Source: Octopus vulgaris (taxonomy: Eukaryota). From it: a stretch of DNA of 64,000 nucleotides. The DNA lies in contig OX597817.1 in assembly GCA_951406725.2 (NCBI GenBank), positions 45,074,001 to 45,138,000 on the forward strand. Reading direction: 5' to 3'. The notes below the pieces were generated by a model that had not been told where the DNA came from, did not search any database, and saw only the letters and a program-made list of their open reading frames with translations. Of this stretch, positions 14,412 through 25,238 are shown piece by piece; within the stretch, counting starts at the first letter, position 1, and the number at the start of each line of letters is the position of its first letter. A program made the position numbers and the translations under genes.

Positions 14412-15259
14412 TCTTGTCCTTCAGGTATTTTATAACATATAACAAAATACAATACAACGCGCTATTTTTCAGGGAAGAACTGAAATATTTGAAACCATTA
14501 ACCTATTTTAACATCGTGTTTGCTAGTATATTTTGGTCTACTGTAATGTTTGAGTTCTCATGTGTATACACATGAATATAAAGACTTAAACATGTTTAAT
14601 AATGACGAATTACGATTAAATGGATGAAGCAATTTTCAAATACTATTTCAAGTATACAGCATATCTAAAAGTATCATTTGATTTTATGCTTACTATCACA
14701 GAATTTTACGTCTCATCGATGGGAATAACTAATTAAAGCAATGTATTTGACACAGTTGGAAATTTTATGCATCAGTGCATTTTGAATATATGATGACCGG
14801 TAATTTTTGGTAAATGCAAATTTCGAGTTTCTTTAATTTGTTAAAGGTACGCGATTTTAATCGGTATACCAGGCTTCTCATGAAACGATGGAAGGCGAAA
14901 TATTTAGAAACATCACAAAATGCTTAATCAATATTTCAAATTATCATCATTTTGTAACCGAATTCCCATCTAAGCAAATTTCTCCACTTCATATTTACAC
15001 CAATTCGGAGACATATATATATATATAAGAGCATACACACAGAATCAAATACGATCATACATACAGCACTCAAGCAAAAGGAAATGCAGAAACACTAACA
15101 TAGACACACACTCACACACACTGGAATAGAGAGCAAAACAGTTTTCTCCTAAGAGGTTTATCATATTACTTGTGCGCTCTATCATGGCTACGACTTCTCA
15201 GTTACATACATGCAGAGACAGACCGTCAGACAGGTACACATATTAATATATATATATAT

Positions 15260-15444
15260 AGGGAGAATTCACCAAAAAAAAAAAGCAAAAATCGAAGACA
15301 GGTGCTATAGAGAACAAACAGATGTATTAGTATAACGCCCGTGAAGAGAAAAAAGTCTTTAACGTTTCGAGCCTACGGTCTTCCACAGGAAGGAACACAG
15401 AAATAAACAAGGAGAGACAATAAAGAGAGAAAATGAAGAAAATA

Positions 15445-15450
<6 letters not shown>
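15260..15450 (-). mobile_element. Penelope-like terminal fragment with degenerate HHR
   Basis: Minus strand CTGTGGA-agaccgtaggctc-GAAACGTT (15361-15388). Related diverged + copy at ~18150-18305. Flanked by (TA)n. Confidence 0.5.
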
Positions 15451-15515
<65 letters not shown>

Positions 15516-15652
15516 AATAAAAAAATAAAATCAATAATATATATATATATAATATTAAAGAATAATAACATGACAACAAAAGAATGACTGAGATCTCGAT
15601 ATTATGTAACATAGAGGAATTTATCTATAGATATATGTGACAATTAGTTGGT

Positions 15653-15725
15653 TGTCATAATAAAATTGAGAATTTCGGATACAGGGGCTAACGTCTGCTC
15701 CGGCATCTCATCAGTTATTAAGACA
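15653..15725 (-). ncRNA. Type-I hammerhead motif with extended stem II
   Basis: Minus strand: tgtcttaataa-CTGATGA-gatgc...gtatcc-GAAA-ttctcaa-TT-ttattatgaca. Stem I has 10 bp plus one mismatch. Confidence 0.7.
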
Positions 15726-15903
15726 AAACGCTCTGAAAAAAAGTTGAATAAAAGGAAATTACTCTAATACTTCATTCAGAGAATCCGCATATACACACAT
15801 ATACACACATATACATGTACGCACACACACATGTATGTGTATATATATATACACATACATGTGTGTGTGCGTATCTATATATATATATATTTACACATAT
15901 ATG

Positions 15904-15962
<59 letters not shown>

Positions 15963-16109
15963 CTATTAGAGAAAATAAGGTACTCAGAAATCTGGATGGT
16001 TTTACATTTACATATTTTTTATTAATATGTCACATGTTTTTATAAATCATATATTAGCGCTTGCATCTACTCTAGTAGAATCTCCATGTGTATATATATA
16101 TATAGATAG

Positions 16110-16429
<320 letters not shown>

Positions 16430-17225
16430 ATATAATATCTACACATATATATTTATATATATATATATATATACCCATATCTACACATATATATTTGTTG
16501 ATATATATATAAATATACTTATATCTACACATATATTTGTGTATATAGATATACTAATGTTGTAAGAATATCACCATATATGAGTAAGCCTATTCCCGTT
16601 TTACATAAACTTTTTACAATTTTTTCCTTCTTTCTGTTATTCCGTTTTTATTGATTATGTGGACTATAACGTTATTGCAAGAATCAAACATAGTCATTGA
16701 CTTTCCAGTTCTGATATTTTTTTTATTCTTGTATAAAGTACCTCATTCTATGAATACAAGATTTTTTTTCTTAATTTAATGCTTTTATATATTTTTGAAA
16801 TTTGTGAACAAACCATTTCAGATATTTACTAGAAGAACACAACACGCTATACGGAAATCATTGGTGACAGATTTTTTCTAAACAAAATGTTCTCTTGGAA
16901 ATTTGCCACGTAAACATGAATTCAATATGCTGCTCTAGTAACACAAATATAAATCTCAGATATATCAGAAAGTGTAATTTCCTCAAAAGAACATATTTTA
17001 GAAGTTTATATAGCATTTTTTGAAGAAATTCCTATATAGTAAGCTTCACACCATACATAAAATATTTTAGCGTAAATTATTTCCATATATGTAGTTTACA
17101 ATTTAACGTCACGTTTAGTCTGCCACGATAAATAACTATAGATATCGTATGTTTAATATATTATACTTGAAACTTATATTTATATTTAAAAAAGATGTGG
17201 AACACGAGTTGTGATATATAAAAAA

Positions 17226-17567
17226 AGGAAATGAAGAAAATGCTGACAAAATAATTTAAGTAAGGGAGAGTGTATTTAATTAGGTGAAAGTTTGTTTTAC
17301 CGGTTGCGCATTTGTTATGCTTATCAAAAGATATTTTTTAAGAGAGATAGAGTTCCTTTCTGATAGATTTTTTTTTCTCTTTTCTGAAAAAAATCTATCA
17401 GAGAAAAACATCTATAAGAGAAAAAAATCTATCAGAAAGGAACTCTATCTCTCTTAAAAAATATCTTTTGATAAGCATAACAAATGCGCAACCGGTAAAA
17501 AGAACTTTCACCTAATTAAATTCACTCTCCCTTACTTAAAATTATTTTGTCAGCATTTTCTACATTT

Positions 17568-17570
<3 letters not shown>
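17226..17570. repeat. Inverted repeat (~155-bp arms) with an HHR-variant motif in each arm
   Basis: Arms ~17226-17381 and 17416-17570 with a few mismatches. The right arm has TTGATAA-gcat-aacaa-atgc-GCAA-ccgg-TA (17468-17497). Confidence 0.9.
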
Positions 17571-17611
<41 letters not shown>

Positions 17612-17695
17612 GTAGTAAACACATAAATGTGAAACAAGGTGCAAAAAAGAGTACTCAAATACCAGGGGTAGAGTAATATGCTTTATTACTCAGTT

Positions 17696-17749
17696 AACAA
17701 AACCTGTCCGACGAACGGGAACGTGAAACTCCGAGTAACAGGTTTTGTT
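17696..17749 (+). ncRNA. Type-I hammerhead motif (same family as 1434-1481)
   Basis: aacaaaacctgt-CCGACGA-acg(ggaa)cgt-GAAA-ctccgag-TA-acaggttttgtt. Perfect 12-bp stem I, GNRA-capped stem II, U4C core change. Confidence 0.8.
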
Positions 17750-17885
17750 GAATTTCTGCTGCTTATAAATAAAGTATATATATATAAATAAATAAATATA
17801 AATATATATACATGCATATGCATGTGTGTGGGTGTGCCTGTGTGTATTCAACTTATATATATACATATATATATAAGTATCTTAA

Positions 17886-18150
17886 GGCGCATAGCTTAGT
17901 GGTTAGAGCGTTGAGCTTACGAGCGTGAGGTTGTGAGTTCGAATCCTGGACCGGGCTGTGTGTTGTGTTCTTGAGCAAGACACATTATTTCACGTTGATC
18001 CAGGGACGTCAATGATACCAAGCTGTATCGGCCTTTGCCTTTCCCTTGGATGACATCGGTGGCGTGGGGAGGGGAAGCTGGTATGCATGGGTGACTGCTG
18101 GTCTTCCATAAACAACATTGCCCGGACTTGTGCCAGGAAGGGTAACTTTC
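17886..18150 (+). mobile_element. tRNA-derived SINE, family B
   Basis: A box tagcttagtggttag, B box gagttcgaatcc, then ttgtgttcttgagcaagacac. Confidence 0.8.
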
Positions 18151-18314
18151 TCTCTGTTTATTTCCTCGAGTTCCTTTGTGTTGAAGAGCGTAGGCTCGTG
18201 ACGTAACAGACGTCCTCAGTTTGCCGAGCGGCAAACTACTACACCAGCTTTTTGTTTATGCACATGCCTTCGTCTTCTGTCTTTCTTTAAATTTCAACTC
18301 TCTCTCGCTCTCTC

Positions 18315-18354
<40 letters not shown>

Positions 18355-18675
18355 AACTTACTTGGAGGATAAGAAGCGACGCGAAGCGTTCAGTCATATA
18401 TTAACAATTTAACAAATAAAACATATGCATACATACATATATGTACATACCTACATCTATATGTATATATAAAGGCATATATATATATATATATATGAGT
18501 ACAGGACACCATAAATAAACGTAGAACTCAACGCGAAACTAAAACATAAAAACAAACAAGGAAACGGACTTTTTTAACAACGAAAAACAGAGTACAAGAC
18601 AAACAATACAAGGAATATTCCCCTTCACCAGCTGCCCCTGGTTCGACTCAATGCGCGTTTCGGAGGTAAGGGCAG

Positions 18676-18735
<60 letters not shown>

Positions 18736-19782
18736 CTTTTGTCTGCATCTATTTACTTAAGTTCGCACTATTTGCGATATTTTCCCTTATCTGATTTTTG
18801 ATTATATATGAAGGCGGTTTCAGATGATATTGATCCAAATATCCGTAACTATTTGCTATATATTAAAATTTGTTAAATCATCACGAACCTTTGTTAGACT
18901 ATACTATGTCGAGGAGATCTAATATACTGACAGACGTACACACATATTCCCATCCTGTAAACGAAAATGAATTTTCTTCCCACTAAGCAATCAAATAAGC
19001 TTAAAAAGAATTTTGAAATTGTCTTTTGGTTTTATTTTGTTCAGACAGGAAAATTTCAATTAATTTATATATCAATATTTTGAGGACCGTTTTTCTCTAT
19101 ATCACATCATAAATTGATTATAGAAATTCGTTCGTTACCTCATTTGAGTTATTTCCCTTAGTTGATTATATTTTTAATTATGTATGTCTGTTGCTATGTC
19201 CCGAAGTTATCTGGTTTATCGGTTTCTGTCGCATTCATTTCTTGAATTAATGTGTTGTATTCATAAGATTATGTACGGGCCAATGTAGTCACACACGTAT
19301 TCTCACAAACTCACGTTCTTGCCCACAGATATATGCATACATATAGATGCATACACACACTCATATATGCATATCTATACACAGAGAGCAATCCATTTGA
19401 TAAATGAAGCAGAAAGCGAATTGGAAGTAATTAAAAACTATGACTAGTCAAGCATATATCATCAATAATTATCAAAGGAAATCAATATTTTCCGCTTGAT
19501 ATATTTTTCATTTATCAAAACATTTGCAATATGCTGAAATAATGGACACTGATAAATGTGCTCTTATATGGCTGTGTGGTTAATGAAAACGACCGCAATC
19601 TAAGGCAATACACCTTCGACGTCGGAGAAATTGCACCTCAAATGATATTCCATAATAATTAATTTTCTACTTGTTGATCTAAGCTTCACAGCAGACCGCT
19701 CTACAACTTCAGAAAGAACCCAAAGCGAAAGTTTCTGCGCGGACACACGACCTGCAAGAAATATATGCTGCCTCAAGTGGGA

Positions 19783-19848
<66 letters not shown>

Positions 19849-19914
19849 GGTCCCGGGTTGATTCGGGGTTAACCACAGTAAATAAGGTACTCAATACATA
19901 GCAGAGTAAAATTA

Positions 19915-20046
19915 ATTTATTATATAGAAGGAGCTTCTACAGGACTAGAACTGTTTCATTCAAGAGAAATCATCAGGAAGCTTCCTGATGATTTCTCTTG
20001 AATGAAACAGTTCTAGTCCTGTAGAAGCTCCTTCTATATAATAAAT
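19915..20046. repeat. Perfect 132-bp palindrome (no spacer) containing an HHR core in each arm
   Basis: Centre ggaag|cttcc at 19980/19981. The right arm has CTGATGA-tttctcttgaat-GAAA-cag-TT. Confidence 0.92.
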
Positions 20047-20099
20047 ATATATATTATATATATATATATATATGTGTGTGTATATATATATAAATATAT

Positions 20100-21308
20100 T
20101 GTTACGGTTGGCTAAGTGCATTTCGGGTTTAATTAGTGTAGTGTTTCTGGTGACCCACATCGTGGATATGGTTCCAGTATGTCTGGTGAAAATGTGACAG
20201 TCTTTTGTCTAATGGAGGACTAATGGGTTTTGGAATGACCTGTGACCTCGTGCGGTTGAGAAGAGGGTCAGGAGAATGTGAAAGAAAAGGGACAGATTAA
20301 GGGCTGAGAGCAAATAGAGATAGAGTATAAGCAGTAAGGGACGGATGGAGAGGCTAAGAGTCTGGCAGGCGATAGCGATAGAGTAAGAGCAGAAGGCAAA
20401 TAGAAAGGATAAGCAGTAAGGGACAGATAGAGAGGCTAAGGGATTGAGGCGATATAGATAGAGTAAGTAATCAGAGAGCAGTTAGAAAGGGTAGGAGCGA
20501 TATAGACAGAGGGAGATGAGGGAGTGGAAGTCAGGACAAGGAAGTGAGGTTCTGGGCAGTCGTTGAGCGGTCGTCGAGGAACATAGACGGATCTTGGAGT
20601 CGCTGGCTGGTCCTCGAAGAAGACAGTCGGATCCTGGAAGTCAGAGCGAGTAGATGGAATCTTAGAGGCGTTGGAATCTTAGGAGCAAGTTGGATGCGAG
20701 AAAGCTTGGCGGCACAGAAGGGAATTAGCAGTATTCAGAGGAATTAGCAGTATTGAGAGGAATGGGACACTGGCAGATTCAATTAGGAATTGAGGTATGT
20801 GTTTGTGCATTGATATGTGTCACGGTGTATTGAACAGTGAAAAGAACAGTCAAGGACTCTGTCGATGTGGTCGATAAAGGACATTGTGAATTGAAGAGTA
20901 AAGGACTTGTTGATTGTGATGTTTAGGAAGAGACTTTAAAAGAACTGTTGTCTTGGGACGTGTACTCTTGGATTGTTACATGATGTTGTATTATGCTTTG
21001 AGTTGTACTCTTGAAATGCTGTTGTATTATGTATTGAGTAGTTACGTGCATGCTTTGATGTATCTTGATGTTGTAACAATTGTAATTGTCGTATAAACTG
21101 TTGTTTGAATATAAGCCAGTGTTGCCATTTGTTGCCTTGCCTCTTTGGGTTGTATCTCGGGTTGTGCCTCTGTATCTCTGTGCTGCTGGGGTTGTGGTAG
21201 TTGTTGTATCTCTCTCCTCTCTCCTCCTCTTTGGGTTCCGTGGCGGAACTTGTGTGAGCCGTTCGGGACGAGCGACGACGGTGGGCGATTCCAGTCCGTT
21301 CCGTAACA
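20100..21308 (+). repeat. 5' LTR (1209 bp)
   Basis: Begins tgttacgg and ends ccgtaaca. Matches 23303-24504. Confidence 0.95.
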
Positions 21309-21310
21309 AC

Positions 21311-21328
21311 TGGTGTCAGAAGTGGGAT
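21311..21328 (+). promoter_or_regulatory. Primer-binding site, tRNA-Leu(CAA)-type
   Basis: TGGTGTCAGAAGTGGGAT, 2 nt after the LTR. Complementary to the tRNA-Leu 3' end ATCCCACTTCTGACACCA. Confidence 0.88.
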
Positions 21329-21366
21329 TGTCCTGATTGCTGCGTTTCGATCGGTTCTTTTTCGCT

Positions 21367-23295
21367 ATGGATTTGTCTGGCTGTCAGACCGGAGACGAGG
21401 GGATTTCGCTTGCCCTGATTGTGGAGATGTTAGGGGGCCAGATGGCGCAGACGGATGCGTTCATGGAAAGGATGGACGAGAGGCGACAGGGCCTGTGGGC
21501 AGATCAGCGGGAGCTTGAGGTTGCGGATGGGTCAGCTTTGAATGATCGGTGTTGGGCCGAGGATAGCGACGGTCCTGTGGACAGAGATTGCCCGTCGAAC
21601 GAAGCATCGAGGGAAACAGATAGTGAAGGAAGTGTTGCCGAAATCTGTGATGCTGGACCGGCTGTGTTTGCGGAACCTGGGCTGGTTGCCGAAATTTGTG
21701 ACGCTGTACCCAAGAATTCTTGTGATTTGGAACCCGTAGAGGGTGAAGTAACCAAAAGGCCTGTGGAAGGTGTTATGGCTGATGCTGTTGTTCCGTGTCT
21801 GGAGCCCTTGGCATCTCGACCCCTGTCTCTCGGAGCTCAGGACAAAGAGCTGGCGAGGTCTGGGGCGAATGTCGCCGAGTCCGAGGTTCCGGCTCTGTGT
21901 GTGATGGTCGCGGCAGGTGCTATGCCGTGTGCGGGTCCTTTGGTGTCTGGACCCCTGTCTCTTGGGGCCCAGAAGGACTGTATGGTTCCCACTGTGGAGA
22001 GGCCACAGGCGTGGATGGACTGGCGGCCGAGCGTGCGTGTTGTGAGGCCTGCGGTACGGAAGCTGGTGAGGAAAAGGACCAGGCCCGTTGACGAGGCGAG
22101 ACGGCTGCGAACGGTGGTGGGTCCACCGAGTCCAGGAAGACTGCTTCAGCGTTGGGTGAGCTTTGTGGTTGATGGTTGCTTGGGGCCGGTGGAGCCCGAC
22201 AGGCAGTGCCTAGTGAAAGCTCGATTGAGGGTCGGGTGGACCCTAGTGGAAGCAGAAGCTGGTGGAGCGCTAGCTGGGTCGGCCGATCTTTTGGAAGTGG
22301 CACAGGCGATTTGCAGAAGGCAAATTGAGGAATCGTGCCAGATGGCGAACCAGTGGTGGGGCCAGCTCTGCCGATACGGCAACGCAGTTGAAGGAGGTGG
22401 TGGCCCACGGATGCAGTTGAGGAAGCAGTCCGCAAGGAGTCGCTGGTGCTTTCTTGGCACTTGGGGGAGCTCTGTGTTCGATGGTTGCGTGGGGCTGGTG
22501 GAGCCCGACATGCAGTGCGGAGTAAGAGCTCAGTTGAGGGTCGGCTGGACCCTGGTGGAGGCAGAGTCTGACAGAGCGCTGGTTGGGTCGGCCGAGTTAT
22601 TGAAGGCTGCGCAGGCGATTTGCAGAGGGCAAATCGTGGAACTGCGCCGGACGGTAAACCAGCGGCGGGGTCAGTTCTGCCGGTGCAGAGATGAAGTTAA
22701 GGGAGTTCGTGGTCCGCTGATGCAGTTGCGGAAGAGGCAACTGTTGGTGAAAAGCGCAGGACGTTGGTCGCGAGGGTTGTTGGATGCTGGTCGCACGGAC
22801 CGGGCAGAACGTTTCGTCGACCAAGGCGGTTGTCGCTTGAGGAGGCAGCGAGGCCGGAAAAAGGTCTCAGTACAGCAGCGCAAGAGGAGATATCGGCGAC
22901 AGGTAACAGTGAAAGGACAGAATGGTCCCTGGTCGTCAGCGATAATTGCGCGGAATGGGGATGGTACAGCAAGGTGCTACGTGGGCTATAGAGCCCTGAG
23001 GAAGGTGGCCACTGTGAAGGATTGGCCGGACCCTGCCTGTGGAAGGGATTTGAGGAACTTCCTCGGACGGTGCGCCTATTGTGGGCGGCTAGTGGGAAGC
23101 CTGGCGGCGTTGGCGGAGGTGTTACCCAAGCCGCAGAGGGAAGGTGCCAACCTGTGGCTGGTGCTGAAGTGGTGGCCGTGGGAGGGAGACCCCCGGAGGA
23201 GAAACCACCCAAGGGGACCCCCAGCCCCTGGAGAGTCTGAGGCTCGGAGGTGCGAGTTTTGTTATGCTTTGTCGGGTCGACAGAAGCTTAGGTAG
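21367..23295 (+). CDS. Single uninterrupted ORF (642 aa from ATG 21367): collapsed gag/protease/RT-derived protein lacking the RT catalytic core
   Basis: Pol remnants DAGRTDRAERFVDQG, GPWSSAIIARNGDGTARCYVGYRAL, fused directly to KVATVKDWPDP..DLRNFLGRCAYCGRLV. No YxDD, RNase H or integrase core. Internal in-frame repeats. Confidence 0.75.
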   Translation: MDLSGCQTGDEGISLALIVEMLGGQMAQTDAFMERMDERRQGLWADQRELEVADGSALNDRCWAEDSDGPVDRDCPSNEASRETDSEGSVAEICDAGPAVFAEPGLVAEICDAVPKNSCDLEPVEGEVTKRPVEGVMADAVVPCLEPLASRPLSLGAQDKELARSGANVAESEVPALCVMVAAGAMPCAGPLVSGPLSLGAQKDCMVPTVERPQAWMDWRPSVRVVRPAVRKLVRKRTRPVDEARRLRTVVGPPSPGRLLQRWVSFVVDGCLGPVEPDRQCLVKARLRVGWTLVEAEAGGALAGSADLLEVAQAICRRQIEESCQMANQWWGQLCRYGNAVEGGGGPRMQLRKQSARSRWCFLGTWGSSVFDGCVGLVEPDMQCGVRAQLRVGWTLVEAESDRALVGSAELLKAAQAICRGQIVELRRTVNQRRGQFCRCRDEVKGVRGPLMQLRKRQLLVKSAGRWSRGLLDAGRTDRAERFVDQGGCRLRRQRGRKKVSVQQRKRRYRRQVTVKGQNGPWSSAIIARNGDGTARCYVGYRALRKVATVKDWPDPACGRDLRNFLGRCAYCGRLVGSLAALAEVLPKPQREGANLWLVLKWWPWEGDPRRRNHPRGPPAPGESEARRCEFCYALSGRQKLR

Positions 23296-23302
23296 GGGGT
23301 AG
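23290..23302 (+). promoter_or_regulatory. Polypurine tract
   Basis: aggtagggggtag immediately 5' of the 3' LTR; overlaps the ORF stop. Confidence 0.8.
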
Positions 23303-24504
23303 TGTTACGGTTGGCTAAGTGCATTTCGGGTTTAATTGGTGTAGTGTTTCTGGTGACCCACATCGTGGATATGGTTCCAGTATGTCTGGTGAAAATGTGA
23401 CAGTCTTTTGTCTAATGGAGGACTAATGGGTTTTGGAATGACCTGTGACCTCGTGCGGTTGAGAAGAGGGTCAGGAGAATGTGAAAGAAAAGGGACAGAT
23501 TAAGGGCTGAGAGCAAATAGAGATAGAGTATACGCAGTAAGGGACGGATGGAGAGGCTAAGAGTCTGGCAGGCGATAGTGATAGAGTAAGAGCAGAAGGC
23601 AAATAGAAAGGATAAGCAGTAAGGGACAGATAGAGAGGCTAAGGGATTGAGGCGATATAGATAGAGTAAGGAATCAGAGAGCAGTTAGAAAGGGTAGGAG
23701 CGATATAGACAGAGGGAGATGAGGGAGTGGAAGTCAGGACAAGGAAGTGAGGTTCTGGGCAGTCGTTGAGCGGTCGTCGAGGAACACAGACGGATCTTGG
23801 AGTCGCTGGCTGGTCCTCGAAGAAGACAGTCGGATCCTGGAAGTCAGAGCGAGTAGATGGAATCTTAGAGGCGTTGGAATCTTAGGAGCAAGTTGGATGC
23901 GAGAAAGCTTGGCGGCACAGAAGGGAATTAGCAGTATTCAGAGGAATTAGCAGTATTGAGAGGAATGGGACACTGGCAGATTCAATTAGGAATTGAGGTA
24001 TGTGTTTGTGCATTGATATGTGTCACGGTGTATTGAACAGTGAAAAGAACAGTCAAGGACTCTGTCGATGTGGTCGATAAAGGACATTGTGAATTGAAGA
24101 GTAAAGGACTTGTTGATTGTGATGTTTAGGAAGAGACTTTAAAAGAACTGTTGTCTTGGGACGTGTACTCTTGGATTGTTACATGATGTTGTATTATGCT
24201 TTGAGTTGTACTCTTGAAATGCTGTTGTATTATGTATTGAGTAGTTACGTGCATGCTTTGATGTATCTTGATGTTGTAACAATTGTAATTGTCGTATAAA
24301 CTGTTGTTTGAATATAAGCCAGTGTTGCCATTTGTTGCCTTGCCTCTTTGGGTTGTATCTCGGGTTGTGCCTCTGTATCTCTGTGCTGCTGGGGTTGTGG
24401 TAGTTGTTGTATCTCTCTCCTCTCTCCTCCTCTTTGGGTTCCGTGGCGAACTGGTGGGCCGTTCGGGGCGAGCGACGACGGGCGATCCAGTCCGTTCCGT
24501 AACA
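23303..24504 (+). repeat. 3' LTR (1202 bp)
   Basis: About 5 substitutions versus the 5' LTR over the first ~1140 bp, plus a cluster of small differences in the last ~60 bp. Confidence 0.95.
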
Positions 24505-24524
24505 ATATATATATATATATATAT

Positions 24525-24773
24525 GATAAATGTGCCCTTTTAAAGCCTAGCCAGGCTCATGGGCAGGTTTCTCGGTTTCACTGACGTATGCGTTCCCCAG
24601 CTGGACGGGACGCCATTCCATCGCAGCGTTACTCATCTTTGCCAGGTGAGTTGACTGGAGTACGTGAAATGAAGTGTTTTGCTCAAGAACACAACGCATC
24701 GCCCGGTCCAGGAATCGAAGCCACAATCTTATGAACATGATGCTGACACCCTAACCACTAAGCTACGCGCCTC
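24525..24773 (-). mobile_element. SINE family B
   Basis: Reverse complement of the 42410-42650 type; head ggcgcgtagcttagtggttaggg. Confidence 0.85.
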
Positions 24774-24819
24774 CACACACACACACACACACACATACAC
24801 ACACATGTATATGTATATA

Positions 24820-24857
<38 letters not shown>

Positions 24858-24932
24858 GACGGAAATCCTGCCGTTCTGTATGTTCATCTGGAGCAATATA
24901 ACGTCTACCAATATGAAACCTGTCCAGCCAGC

Positions 24933-24984
<52 letters not shown>

Positions 24985-25238
24985 AGCGAGAAGGGGGCTA
25001 GAAAATGAGAGTAAGTGACAGAGAAACAGAAACATTGAGCATCGAACTACTAGAATTATCAGCGAAATTCACCTAGCCTAAGACTGTATTATAGATATGC
25101 ATTACAAAACGCTCCTCAGTGATGAAGGATATAAACAGCTCACTTTTATTTGAAGGGAAGCTACACAATTTGGGGATAGGGAAGTTAAGCCAAAAACGAG
25201 CAGATAAAACCTCTGAAGGAAAAGACAAATAGAATATA

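Larger units (their letters stand above)
20100..24504 (+). mobile_element. Ty3/Gypsy-derived non-autonomous LTR retrotransposon, full length and recent
   Basis: Two near-identical LTRs with TGTTACGG...CCGTAACA termini, PBS, PPT, and ATAT flanks on both sides within (TA)n. Confidence 0.95.

Noticed and set aside
17886-17960. tRNA-like sequences (also 7942, 24700, 42410, 48720, 56515)
   Set aside because: These are SINE heads: they continue into shared repeat bodies and lack a complete cloverleaf and acceptor stem.
18615-18678. Minus-strand GAAACGCG followed by CTGGTGA, as a possible hammerhead
   Set aside because: The order and stems could not be folded into a convincing HHR.
20544-21418. 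ORFs within the LTRs and antisense ORFs over the internal region
   Set aside because: Duplicated with the LTR or by-products of GC-rich sequence; no recognisable domains.
24444-24496. Cluster of differences between the LTR 3' ends as evidence of age or recombination
   Set aside because: Mostly 1-3-nt deletions adjacent to (TA)n, which could be consensus or sequencing error. Not used for dating.
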